From Carcharhinus amblyrhynchos (taxonomy: Eukaryota), in contig OZ336878.1 in assembly GCA_965287045.1 (NCBI GenBank), forward strand, positions 58,094,001 through 58,158,000: a stretch of 64,000 nt of DNA, read 5' to 3'. Under the pieces are notes generated by a model, which had not been told where the DNA came from, made no database searches, and saw nothing but the letters and a program-made list of their open reading frames with translations. The translations under genes were made by a program, and so were the position numbers. Shown piece after piece: positions 36,210-48,950 of this stretch (its first letter is position 1; every line of letters begins with the position of its first letter).

Positions 36210-39080
36210 AGAGTTAATGTTCCATGTTGTTAGTGCATTCATGTGACTAGATGGGTCTCCATATGGGGAAGAATTGGCCAGGTGGATGCAAGAATGTTTG
36301 TGCCCCAGTTTTTGTATAGAATGAGAGTTCTTCACTAGTGTCATCGGTTCTAACTGGTACCACCTATCCATGTGGATCCATCCCTGAAGTTGTGCAAGTG
36401 TCTGCAATGTATATAGTGTTGGAAGTGTCAAATGTTATGTGTGTCAAGACTGCTTTCAGGAAACTGGGTACACATCTCAAAGGTGTCCTTTCAGTGGATG
36501 CAAGCTACTTGGACGATGATTGGATAAAACCCCTTCCTGTTAATGAAAGGCCACAGGCTGCTGTAATGAAACTTAGATTGCCATATGGCTGCAGCTGAAC
36601 ATTGGAGTTTATTTATCTAGATGATACAAATCCCTGATGCCAAGCAATTGTCTCTATTTGCTAAGCTTAAGGTGATTAGTTCACCACTCAGTTTGTAGCG
36701 GGCACACTTCTTGCTAATGTGCAACATTGCCACTTCAAGGAAATTATGGGTCAATCAGCAGCAGATTGTCACTCCATAGCAACTTAGCTGTGCTTGAAAT
36801 GGAAAGTACCTGTCATAGAAACATAGAAGTTAGGAGCAGAAGGAGGCCATTTGGCTCTTGGAGCCTGCTCCACCATTCATCACAATCGTGGCTGATTGTA
36901 CAACTCAGTAGCTTTCTCCCCATAAGTTTGATCTCATTCATCCCAAGTGTTAGCCACCTCTTGAATGCATTCAGTGTTTTGGTATCAACTACTTCCTGTG
37001 GTAATGAATTCCACAGGCTCACCACTCTTTGGGTGAAGAAATGTTTCCTCATCTCCGTTCTAAATGGTCTACCCCATGACACCTGCTTCCATTGGGAACA
37101 TCCTCCCTGCGTCTACTGTCTAGTCCTGTTAGAATTTTATAAGGCACTGAGGTTCTCCCTCATTCATCTGAACTCCAGCAAAAGTAATCCTAACCTAACG
37201 AATCTCTCCTCATACGTCATCCCCGGAATCATCCTGGCAAACCTTCACTGCACTCCCTTGAGAACAAGAATATCTTTGCTCAGAAAAGGAGACCAAAAGT
37301 GTACACAATGTTCTAGGTGTAGCCTCATCAAGGCCCTCTATAATTGCAACAACACGTCCCTACTCCTGTACTCAAAACCTCTTGCAATGAAGGCCAACAC
37401 ACCATTGGACACCCAGGTCCCGCTGCACATTCTCCTCTCCCAATTTACAGCCATTCAGTTAGTTATCTGCTTTCTTGTTTTTGCCTCCAAAGTGAATAAC
37501 CTCACATTTATCCAAATTATACTGCTTATGCCATTGATTTGCCCACTCACCCAACCTGTCCAGATCATGCTGAAGGATCTCCTTGGTATCATCTGCAAAC
37601 TTTGAGATGTTACGTTTTGTTTCCTCATTCAAATCATTAATATATATTGTTAATAGATGGGGTCCCAGCACCGATCCCTATGGCACCCTACTAATTACTG
37701 CCTGCCAATTTGTAAAGTGTCCATTAATTCCTACTCTTTATTTCTTCTCTGCCAACCAGTTTCCTATCCATCTCAATACACTTCCCCAGATCCCATATGC
37801 TTTCATATTGCACGATAATGTCTTATGCAGGACTTTGTCAAACACTTTCTGAAAATCCAAATATACCACACTGACTGACTCCTGCTTGTCAACTCTACTA
37901 GGTTACATCTTCAAAGGATTCCAACAGATTTATCAAGCATGATTTCCCCTTCATAAATCCATGCTGACTCTGTCTGATCCTGCCACTGCTTTCTAAATGC
38001 TCCATTATAAAGTCCTTGATAATGGTTTCGAGAATTTTCCCCACTGCCAGTGTTAGGTTTACTAGTCTATAATTCCCTGTTTTCTCTCTACCTTCCTTTT
38101 TGAGTATTGGAGTGACATTAGCTGCCCTCCAATCTATGGAATCCTGGAAAATGACCACCAATGCACCCATTATTTCTACAGCCACTTTTTTAAGTACTCT
38201 AGGAAGCAGATTATCAGGCTCTGGGAATTTATCCGCCTTCAATCCCATTAACTTTCCGAGCACCATTCCTCTACGAATATTGATCTCCCTCAGTTCTTCC
38301 CACTAACTCTTGCATTCTCCAACATTTCTGATATCTGATTTGTGTCCTCTTTTGCGAAGACAGAACCAAAGTATGTATTCAATTGGTCAGCCATTTCTTT
38401 GTCCCCTATTATACAACCCCCTGTTTCTGTCTGTAGGGGATCTACATTTATCACCACCACTCTTCACGTATCTATAGAAACTCTTAGGGCCGAAACAGGC
38501 ACAAAAACATGGTAAAGTCATGTGTGAGGCCATTGAATGCGATCTGTGCCCGCGTCTATGCAGACAGCCACTTTATCGAAACCCGGGAATGGCCGGGATC
38601 AAATTTGCACCCGAAGCGGATGCAATGACGATTTAAATGCATTTCAATTGAATTAATGAACTGCCTGCCCAACTTTATCAGCATTTCCCACTTTACCACT
38701 ACGTTCGCCGATCCAGAATTGTGCCGAAATGGACATGCTGAATAAAAGTCTGAATTGGGCACTGCAGCTGCTGAAGACGTGAGTCCAGAGCTTCCAACAG
38801 CTCTCTGACTCAGATAGTTGGTGGGGGGGTGGGAGATGGGCCAGTTCACTCTCTGGTTTGGGCAGGGTGAGAGGGAGGCCTGATTGTTGTCTGGTTGGGT
38901 TGGGTGGGGTGGGGGAGTTGAGAGGGAGGCTGGCCAGATCATTCTTTGGCGAGAAGGGGAGGGAGAAAGGAGGGCCGATCATTGGCACTCCTTCCCTCCT
39001 CTCAACCAATCATTGTCTGTCTGGTTGGCAGGGGCTGGGGGGTGGTAGGAGGGCCGATTGTTGTCTGGTTGCGGCAGGGG

Positions 39081-40740
39081 AGAACATAGAACACTACAGC
39101 ACAAACAGCTCTTCGGCCCACAAGTTGCGCCGATCATATCCCTACCTACTAGGCCTATCTATAACCCTCAATCCCGTTAAATCCCACGTACTCATCCAGA
39201 AGTCTCTTAAAAGACCCCAGCAAGTTCATCTCCACCACCACCGACGGCAGCCGATTCCACTCGCTCACCACCCTCTGAGTGAAAAACTTATCCCTGACAT
39301 CTCCTCTGTACCTACTCCCCAGCACCTTAAACCTGTGTCCTCTCATAGCGACCATTTCAGCCCTGGGAAATAGCTTCTGAGAATCCACGCTATCTATACC
39401 TCTCAACATCTTATAAACCTCTATCAGGTCACCCCTCATCCTTCATCTCTCCAGGGAGAAAAGACCTAGCTCCCTCAACCTATCCTCATGAGGCATGCCA
39501 CCCAATCCAGGCAACATCCTTGTAAATCTCCTCTGCACTCTTTCAATAGCTTCCACATCCTTCATGTAGTGAGGCGACCAGAACTGCACACAGTACTCCA
39601 AGTGGGGTCTGACAAGGGTCTTATAAAGTTGCAGCATTATCTCCTGACTCCTAAACTCAATCCCTTGATTAATGAAGGCTAGTACACCATACGCCTTCTT
39701 GACCACATCCTCCACCTGCGAGGCTGGTTTAAGAGTCCTATGGACCCGGACCCCAAGGTCCTTCTGATCCCCTACACTGCTAAGAATCCTACACTTGATA
39801 TTATACTCCTTCATCCCATTGGACCTGCCAAAATGGACCACTACACATTTATCTGTGTTGAAGTCCATCTGCCACTTCTCCGTCCAGTCTTGCATCCTAT
39901 CTATGTCTTGCTGCAATTTCTGACATCCCTCCACGCTATCCAGAACACCACCAACCTCTGTGTTGTCGGCAAACTTACCAACCCATCCCTCCACTTCCTC
40001 ATCCGGGTCATTTATGAAAATGACAAACAGCAAGGGTCCCAGAACAGACCCCTGGGGCACTGCACTGGTGATCGACCTCCATGCAGAAAAAGACCCATTC
40101 ACAACCACTCTTTGCCTTCTGCAGGCAAGCCAGTTCTGGATCCACAAGGCAACAGCTCCTTGGATCCCATGCCCTCTCACTTTCTCAAAGTCTCGCATTG
40201 GGGACCTTATCAAACACCTTGCTGAGGTCCATATAAACCACATCCACTGCTCATTATACGTCAATGTGTTTAGTCACATTTTCAAAGAACTCAGCTAGGC
40301 TCGTAAGGCACGACCTGCCCTTGACAAAGCCATGCTGGCTACTTTTGATCATACTAAACTTCTCTAAATATTCATGAATCCTGTCTCTCAGTATCCTCTC
40401 CATCAACTTACCAATCACTGAGGTCAGACTCATCGGTTGGTAACTCCCTGGGCTATCCCCCCTTTCTTGAAAATAGGAACCACATCCGCAATCCTCCAAT
40501 CCTCCAGAACCTCTCCCATCTCCATCGACGCAAAGGTCATCGCCAGAGGCTCTGCAATCTCTTCCCTCACCTCCCACAGTTACCTGGGGTACATCCCATC
40601 CGGTCCCAGCGACTTATCTATCTTGATGCAATTTAAAAGTTCCAACACATCCTCTTTCTTAAAGTCCACATACTCAATCTTTTCAGTCCGCCGCAAACCT
40701 GCAGTACAACCGCCTAAATCGTTTTCCATCGTGAATAGTG
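39081..40740 (-). mobile_element. Young 5'-truncated CR1 LINE nested in the MITE
   Basis: ORFs 39443..40264 (273 aa; VPQGSVLGPLLFVIFIND, GKFADNT, LYKTLVRPHLEYCVQFWSP), 39155..39439 and 40254..40577; aacatagaaca tail. Confidence 0.93.
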
Positions 40741-40778
40741 AGGGGGGAATGAGACCAGATCGTTCTCTGGGGGAGACG

Positions 40779-41111
40779 AAGAACAAAGAACAACACAGCA
40801 TGGGAAACAGGCCCTTCGGCCCAACGAGCCCGCGCCGCCATTTTAACAATGCATTTTTCCTACACCTCCCTTGACCCGTGTCTGTGCTTACGGTACCCCC
40901 ATTGGAAACCAGATTCAGAGGAGAATAATTTAGGGACAATTTGTTACACAATCAGCCTAAGAGCACATCTTTGGGGTGTGGGAGGAAACCAGAGCACCCA
41001 GAAGAAACCCACACAACCACAGGGAGAATGCGCAAACTCCCACAGACACTGGCCCAAATCCATGTATCAGCACAGCTAGCAGTGATAGTCACTGAGCTGT
41101 TGTGGTGCCCA
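40779..41111 (-). mobile_element. V-SINE (HE1-related) nested in the MITE
   Basis: aagaacaaagaaca tail and core gggaggaaaccagagcacc..gggagaatgcgcaaactcccacagaca. Confidence 0.8.
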
Positions 41112-41254
41112 CCTGCTGGTCCAGTTTTAAGCATACACAAACGACGCGAAGTACTAGGCCACTCTCGAAACATCCAAGAGCAGCCCACGCACGACCCACC
41201 GTGTGCATGCCCCTCGTTAGACAACAAGGTGGACCGATGGTGGGAGGGGGGGTG

Positions 41255-41480
41255 GCGGTGAGGGAAGTGAGGCCAGATCATTCTTCTGGGGGGCGGGGGA
41301 GGCCAGGTATGGGAAGTGAGGCGAGATCATTCTCTGGGGGCTGGGAGGAGTAAGGCCAGATCATTCTCTGGGGGGTGGGAGGAGTGAGGCGAGATCATTC
41401 TCTGGGTAGGGGGAGTGAGGCCAGATTATTCTGTGGGAGGAGATGGGGAGGCCAGATTTTTCTCTGGGAGAGGGGGAGGA
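41255..41480 (+). repeat. G-rich minisatellite, ~30-35-bp units
   Basis: About 6-7 copies of gagtgaggc(c/g)agatcattctctgggggg..; related units at ~38925-38960 and ~40745-40775. Confidence 0.85.
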
Positions 41481-42036
41481 GGCAGGTAAGATTTATTTCA
41501 AGGCAGGGGGGTCTGCTACCACCCTGTGGGCGATCGGTGAGGGGGAAGGGGGTCATGATCAATCTAGGTAGTGGGAGGATGGGTGGATAAGGAGGACAGA
41601 GATGTTGTGGGGGTGATGTCTGTGGGGACCATTGCTCCTGCTTTTCACTCCCGGGCCGCTTTCTCTGCTTTCTGCGGCCCGGGAGCGATCTGACAGTGGC
41701 ATGCATTTTCAAATTCTTTTCTAACTATGCGTGCGCAGTTCAGAGCTCCAACTGTTTTGGGCACGATAAGCTCTGCCCACGGTGTGATTCAGACACACAA
41801 TTTTTTTCAGGCTGAGTGTGCATGGGGACCGCTGAAAGTAGATTTCCAAGTAGGATTTGAATTGCGCCCAGTTTCAGCACTTAGAATGAAAATGGTAAAA
41901 TCAGGCCCTTGGTGTCAGTCTTTACGTTCCCTGCAAGCTTACTTTTGTTCTGTATTTTCCCCTTCTTAATCAATCCCTTGGTCCTTCTTTGCTGACTTCT
42001 AAACTGCTCCCAATCCTCAGACCTATTATTTTTCTG

Positions 42037-42622
42037 TCCTGGTATCCCCATGCCAACGCTACAAGTTAAGAAAGCCCATCAATGCCTCTACTCTCTCAGA
42101 AGGCAAGGGGAAATTTGGCATGTCAGCTATGACTTCCACCAATTTTTACAGATGCACCTTAGATCGCATTCTTTCTGTTTGTATCATAGCTTGACATACC
42201 TGCTGCTCTGTCCAAAACTGCAAGAAACTACAAAAGGTTGTGAACGTAGCCCAAACCATCCTCCCATCCATTGATTCTGTCTACACTTCCCGCTGCCTCG
42301 GCAAAGCAGCCAGCATAATTAAGGAACCCACGCACCCCGGACATTCTCTCTTCCACCTTCTTCCGTCAGGAAGAAGATACAAAAGTCTGAGGTCACATAC
42401 CAATCAACTCAAGAACAGCTTCTTCCCTGCTACTATCAGACTTTTGAATGAACCTACCTTGCACTAAGTTGATCTTTCTCTACACCCTAGCTATGACTGT
42501 AACACTACATTCTCTTGTTTCCTTCTCTATGAATGGTATGCTTTATTTGTATAGCATGCAAGAAACAATACTTTTCACTGTATACTAATACATGTGACGA
42601 TAATAAATCAAATCAAATCAAA
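42037..42622 (+). mobile_element. Rex1/Babar LINE 3' fragment
   Basis: KKAHQCLYSLRR and IIKEPTHPGHSLFHLLPSGRRYKSLRSHTNQLKNSFFPATIRLLN; tail aataaatcaaatcaaatcaaa. Confidence 0.9.
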
Positions 42623-43039
42623 ATAATTAGTTTTCACATCTTTACCAGGGATTCCATTTAGTTCTTTTCCCTTTTCAATCTCTTAACTAACCAATGTACT
42701 CAATCGTGTATTTTGTTCAATCTGAAAAAAGACACAGGTTATACTCTGTTTGGAAGACTCCAAAGTCTTTCACTAAAATTGATTCAGTTGCACCACTGTG
42801 GAGAGAACTGGCGGAGTCCTAAAGCATATAGTTGCCAGAATGGGCAGAGAACCAACACAAGAATTCAGCGGGGCAGACAACCAATGTAAGGGAAAAACCC
42901 ATTTCCCTTGTCTTCACCAATCAACTTGTCACGGATGCAACTACTGAGGATTGGTAGAAGTGACCACTAAATAGGGCTTATGACCTGTCTTCAGAATGAG
43001 TGCATCCAGCATTGTGTTGTGTCAAGCTTTCATCATGCT

Positions 43040-43500
43040 GAATGGGCTAGTTTGAGAACGGATGCAGCAGCTCTAAATTGACCATCCAGGAAGAACTGTG
43101 GGCTATCAGAGTTTGTGAACAATTTTACCACAATATATAATCTAATGCCTTGGCATATCTACTGTTATCATAAAGCCATCACCATTCCTTGATGTGTCTT
43201 TTTCCACCAGCAGGATGGACCATCCAGAAGTGGCAATACAGTGGTACACATTTGGAAAAGAGTGGTTCTGCATTGGGTCAAACATGGGCAAGAAAATCTA
43301 CCACTGATATCACCTATTGCCCTCCTGCAGCTGATGAATCAAAGTTCCTTCATGTTGAACATCACTTGGAAGAAACACCAACAGTAGCATGGGCCTAGTA
43401 TGTACTGAGTGGGGGACTTCAGTGACCATTACTGACTGAGTTGCAGAGTTCTGAAGAATAGATGGGCCTGGGGCAAAAGTTGAGGTATCAACAACAAGGA
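43040..43500 (+). mobile_element. RTE-X-like LINE endonuclease-region fragment; probably continues at 48951
   Basis: YCPPAADESKFLHVEHHLEE parallels the copy at 53500-53580. Confidence 0.65.
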
Positions 43501-44975
43501 AACCTTTTGAGGAAATGTCAAAAATGATTGAGGAAAGCGCTTTGGATGTTATGGGACAGCGCAGTGACTAGCACTGCTGCCTCATAGCACCAGGGACCCA
43601 AGTTCAATTCCAGCCTCTGGTCACTGTCTGTGTGGAGTTTGCACATTCTCCCCATGTCTGTGTGGGTTTTCTCCGGGTGCTCCAGTTTCCTCCCACAGTC
43701 CTAAGATGAGCGGGTTAGATGGATTGGCCATGCTAAATTGACCCTAGTGTCAGGGGATTAGCAGGGTGAATATATGGGGTTGTGGGAAAAGGGCCTGGGT
43801 GAGATTGTGGTTGGTGCAGACTTAATGGCCCCTTCTGCACCATAGGGGTTCTGTGATTCTACGATGTTGTCTACATGGACTTTAGTAAAGCATTTGACAA
43901 AGTCTGTCAGGACAGGCTGGTGCAAAAGTTTAAATCATGCAGGATCAAGGCTGAACTAGCTAGATGGATTCAGAACTGGCTTAGCCATAGAATTCAGAGA
44001 GTAGCAGTAGAAGGGTGTTTTTCTGAATGGAGGTCTGTAATTAGTGGTGTTTTCCGGGGTCAGTGCTGGGACCTCTGATGTTTGTAATATGACTTGGAAG
44101 AAAACATATAACTGGTTTGATTAGCAAGTTTGTGGGTGAAACTAAGATCGCTGAAGTTGCGGATAGTGATGAAGATTATCAGAGAATACAGCAGGATATA
44201 AATAGGCTGGAAAATCGGACGGAGAAATGGCAGATGGAATTTAATCTGGACAAATGCTAGGTGATGCATTTTGGTAGATCAGTTCAGGTGGGATCTATAA
44301 AATAAATGGTTGAACCATCAGGAGCATAGACATGCAGAGAAATCTGGGAATACAGCTCCACAGATCCTTAAAAGTGGCAGCACAGGCGGAAAAGGTAATG
44401 AAGAAATGATTTGCATTGAGTATAAAAGTTGGCAAATTATGTTATAGTTATATAAAACGTTGGTTAGGCCACGTTTAGAATACTGTGCCCAATTTTGTCA
44501 CTACACTACTAGAAGAATGTGGTGGCTTTGGAGGGAGTACAGAAAAGATTTACTAGGATGTTGCCTAGTATGCAGGGTATTAACTATGAAGAGAGATTGA
44601 ATAAACTGGGATTGTTCTCTCTAGAAAGACAGAAGTTAAGGGCCGACCTGATAGAAGTTTATAAAATCATGAAGGGCATAGATAAGGTGATCAGTTGAAA
44701 GCTTTTTCCCAGGGCAGAAATGACAATCACAAAGGGGCACAAGTATGGGGGAAAGATTCAATAGAGATATGCAGGGGAAGTTTTTTTATACAGATGGTGG
44801 TGAGGGCCTGGAATGCATTCCAAGTGAGGTGATTGAGGCAGATATGTCACCAGCATTCAAGACTTACCTGGATAGGCACATGAACAGGTGGGCTGTAGTG
44901 GGATACAGGTGGTTGGTCTATTTAGGACAATGTGATCGGCATAGGCTTGGTGGGTCGGTTCCTGTACTTTGTTTC
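43501..44975 (+). mobile_element. CR1 LINE RT-3' fragment with a SINE inserted
   Basis: MDFSKAFDKV..WIQNWL and LYKTLVRPRLEYCAQF motifs, followed by a 3' UTR. Confidence 0.88.
43553..43862 (+). mobile_element. HE1/V-SINE, near full length, with TSD
   Basis: tRNA-like head, V core gtctgtgtggagtttgcacattctcccc; TSD gatgttat (43545-43552) / gatgttgt (43863-43870). Confidence 0.9.
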
Positions 44976-45439
44976 TTGCAAAAAATCTACCTGTCCTTGA
45001 CTTTGCCATTCCACTTGATACCAATGTATATATAACATTATTGGTAGGAGTGACCGCTGTAATGAATCAGTGGGCTCAACAGTGCAATTATTGAACAAAT
45101 CTGTATCCTTTTCTATCTCTGAAGAAAGTTTAATTTTGATTTCCCGACCGCAGCTTGCTCTTGATTTCTTTACACAGTGGCAAATTTAGTTTCATTTCTG
45201 TATGTGTATTTTCTGCTTTCACTTTTAGTTTCATTTTTGGTTTAGCTTCTATTTTGAGGTAGGGTCTACTCCTAAAACGTACAAATTAAGTTTTAGAAGA
45301 TTGATTACCTCACAAGGTATGAGATAGCATAGAATCCCTGCAGTGCAGAAGGAGGCTACTTGACCCATCGAGTCTACACCGACCACAATCCCATAACCCC
45401 ACATATTTACCTTGCTAAGATATGGATGAGCTACATGAC

Positions 45440-48400
45440 CACTACATCATGGCCATTCAAGAGGGTGGAGCAAAAAGATGTGATTATTGTAGGAGATTCT
45501 ATAATTAGGGGGAACTGATAGCATCTTTTGTAAGCCGGATCACACGTCCCACATCGTATATTGACTCCCTGGTGCCAGGGCGAAGGACATCTCTGACCAG
45601 CTAGAAAGGATATTGGTGTGGGAAAGAGAGTATCCAGTTGTTGTGGTCCACGTTGGGACAAACAAAATAGCCAAGACCAGGAAAGCGGATCTGTTTGGGG
45701 ATTATCAGGCACTAGGAGCTAAATTAAAGAACAGGTCCTCAAGTTTATAATCTCTGGATTACTACTGGATCCAATTGTGAATTGGCATAGGGATAAGATG
45801 GTTAAAGGAGTAATGTGGGAAAGCGGGGTTCCATTTCATGGGGCATCAGTATTGAAACAGGACGGATCGGTGACATTGGGACAGTCTTCACCTGAACTGA
45901 TGTGGGACCAGTGTTCCTGCAAAAAGGATAAATAGGGTAGTCACAAGGACTTTAAGCTAGCAAATGAGGGGTAAGAGAAGAGTAAAACTACAGAAAGTAT
46001 AATGGTTAATGGAAAGCAAAACAGGAAGTTAGCATTGTCAGGAGGAAGTTTCAACTACATCGAAAACTAGGAAAAAAGTTGAATCGAAGGAGGACTCAGG
46101 AGATGTTATTAATGGAAGTGTGAGGATTCAAAAAGAAAGTACAAAAACTAGCATAGGGACTTTACCCGAAAGCTCGTAGCATTCAAAACAAGGTTGATGA
46201 ATTGACCGCACAAATCATTGCAAATGAGTATGATTTAGTGGCCATTATAAAGACATGATTGCAGGTGGTTATGACTAGGAGTTAAATATCCAGGGGTATC
46301 AGACTATTTGGAAGGTAAGCGAGATGGTGTAGCTCTGATATTTAACAATGACATCAGGGCAGTAGTGAGAGATGATATAGGTTCTATGGAAAAAAAAGTT
46401 GAATCCATTTGGGTGGAAATTAGAAATACTAAGGAGAAAAAGACACTGATAGGCATAGTCTATAGGCAGCCAAACAATAACATCATGGTCGGGTGAGCAA
46501 TAAACAAAGAAATAACTGACAAATGTAAAAATAGTATGGCAATTATCATGGGTGATTTTAATTTACATGTCAGTTGGTCAAACAGTTCGGTCAAGGCAGC
46601 CTTGGAGAGGAGTTCACAGAATGTATCAGCGATAGTTTCCTTGAACAATATGTAATGGCACTTACGAGGAACAGGCTATCCTCGATCTGGTCCTGTGTAA
46701 TGAGACAGGAATAATTAATGATTGCACAGTTAGGGATCCTCTCGGAAGGAGTGACCACGGTGTGGTTGAATTTAAAATACAGATGGAGTGTGACAAGGTA
46801 AAAGCGAATACCGGTGTCTTGTGCTTAAGCAAAGGAGACTGTAATGGGATGAGAGAGGAGTTGGCTAAAATCGACTGGGAGCAAAAACTTTATGGTGGGA
46901 CAATTGAGGAACAGTGGAGGACTTTCAAAGTGATTTTTCACAGTGCTCAGCAAATGTAGTATGAGGAAGCACTATAGTAAAAGGGATAATCAGCCATGGA
47001 TATCTAATGAAATAAAGGAGGGTATCAAATTGAAAGAAAAGGCGTACAAAGTGACAAAGATTAGTGGGAAACTGGAGGATTGGGAAATCTTTAAAGGTCA
47101 ACAGAAAGCCACGAAAAAAGCTAAAAAGAAAAACAAGATATATTATAGTAAACTAGGTCAGAATATTAAAAAAAAGCAAAAGTTTCTACAGATATATAAA
47201 ATGAGAAAAAGTGGCTGAGATAAACATTCATCCTTTAGAGGATGAAAAGGGGGATTTAATAATGGCAAATGAGGAAGTGGCTAAGGAATTGAACAGGTAT
47301 TTTGGGTCAGTCTTCACAGTGGAAGACAAAAATAACATGCCAAAAATTGATAATAAAAAGGCTATGGCAGGTGCAGTCCTAGAAACGATCATTATCACTA
47401 ATGTTGGGCAAGCTAATGGGGCTAAAGGTAGACAAGTCTCCTGGCCCTGCTGGAATGCATCCCAGGGTACTAAAAGAGATTGCGGGGTAAATAGCAAATG
47501 CGCTAGTGGTAATTTACCAAAATTCGCTGGACTCCGAGATGGTTCTAGCAGATTGGAAAGCAGCAAATGTGACGCCACTTTTAAAAATGGGGGTAGTCAA
47601 AAGGCGAGTAACTTTCTGCCAGTTAGCTTAACTTCTGTAGTGGGGAAAATGCTTGAATCTATCATCAAGGAAGAAATAGCGAGACACATGGATAGTAATT
47701 GTCCCTTTGGGAAGATGCAGTGTAAGTTCATGAAAGGCAGATCATGTTTAACTAATTTACTGGAATTCTTTGAGGACATTGAGTGTGGTGGACAATGGGA
47801 AACTGGTGGATGTGGTGTATCTGGATTTCCAGAAGATATTCCACAAGGTGCCACACTAATGATTGCTGCATCAGATAAAAGTGCTCTGAGTTATGGGTAA
47901 TGTATTAGCATTGATAGAGGATTGGTTAACCAACAGAAAGCAAAGAGTGGAGGTAAATGAGTCAATCAGTCACTAGTGGTGTGCCTCAGGGATCAATGTT
48001 GGGACAGCAATTGTTTTAAATTTACATAGATTATTTGGAGTTGGGGACTGAGTATAGTGTGTCCAAGTTTGCAGGTGACGCTGAGATGAGTAGTAGAGCA
48101 AAGTGTGCAGAGGACACAAAGTTTGCAAAGGATAGATAGTTTAAGTGAGTGGGCAAGGGTCTGGCAGAGGGTGTACAATGTTGGTAAATGTGAGGTCATC
48201 TATTTTGGTAAGAATAACAGCAAAATGGACTTTTATTTAAATAGTAAAAATTTGCAGCATGCTGCTGTGCAGATGGACTTGGGTGTCCTTATGCATGAAT
48301 CACAAAAAGTTGGTTTGCAGGTGCAGTATGGAATTTTGCCCTGTTATGTTTTGTTGCAGCTGTGTAAGATGTTGGTGAGGCCTCACCTGGAGTACTGCGC

Positions 48401-48949
48401 ACAGTTTTGGTCTTCTTACTTGAGAAAGGATATATGGGCACTTAGATTCACTAGGTTGATACCAGAGTTGAGAGTGTTGGCTTATGAGGAGAGACTGAGT
48501 AGACTGGAACTATCCTCATTGGAATTCAGAAAAATGAGTGTGGGTAGGAGTGAGAGTTCTTATAGAAACATATAAGATTATGAAGGGAATAGATAAGATG
48601 GAAGCAGGGAGGCTGTTCCATTGCCGGGTGAAACTATAACTAGTGGGCATAGCCTCAAAATAAGAGGGAGCAGATTTAGGACTGAAGATTTAGGAGTTGA
48701 GAAAGAACTTCTTCACCCAATGTGTTTTGAATCTGTGGAATTCCCTGCCCAGTAAAGCAGTTGAGGCTACCTCATTGAATGTTTTTAAGGCAAAGATAGA
48801 TTTTTAACAGTAAAGAAATTAAGGGTTATGGTGAGCAGGCAGGTAAGTGGAGCTGAATCCACAAGAAGATCGGCTGTGATCTTATCGAATGGCGGAGCAG
48901 GCTCGAGGGGCAGATGGCCTACTCCTGCTCCTATTTCTTATGTTCTTAT
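45440..48949 (+). mobile_element. Near-full-length decayed CR1 LINE (ORF1 SGNH esterase + ORF2 APE/RT + tail)
   Basis: ORF1 relic IIVGDSIIRGTD..PGARAKDISDQLERIL..VVVVHVGTN; APE motifs GVALIF..ESIWVEI..IGIVYRQP..IIMGDFN; RT motifs PVSLTSVVGKMLESII and RPHLEYCAQFWS; tail atttcttatgttcttat. Confidence 0.92.
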
Positions 48950-48950
48950 A

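Larger units (their letters stand above)
38487..41908. mobile_element. Non-autonomous PIF/Harbinger-type element with a G-rich internal minisatellite, hosting nested CR1 and SINE
   Basis: Termini gggcc... / ...aaaatcaggccc; 3-bp flanks tta/ttg. The left terminus appears internally deleted relative to the right. Confidence 0.6.
36815..42035 (-). mobile_element. CR1 LINE (36815-38486 and 41909-42035) split by a MITE insertion
   Basis: Tail catagaaacatagaa at 36814. ORFs 36813..37082, 37459..37671 (ISKFADDTK) and 37898..38266 (PDNLLPRVLK, GNYRLVNLT, QHGFMKGKSCL). CR1 sequence resumes after 41908. Confidence 0.9.

Noticed and set aside
36727-37605. Longest ORF in the track (292 aa, + strand)
   Set aside because: It is the antisense reading of a - strand CR1 3' region; it has no splice context and no independent protein motif.
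39443-40264. 273-aa RT ORF as an active retroelement or domesticated gene
   Set aside because: It belongs to a 5'-truncated CR1 with frameshifts on both sides, and the catalytic FADD is altered to FADN.
41255-41480. CRISPR-like array of repeated units
   Set aside because: Eukaryotic context; degenerate tandem units with G-run linkers, no unique spacers and no cas genes.
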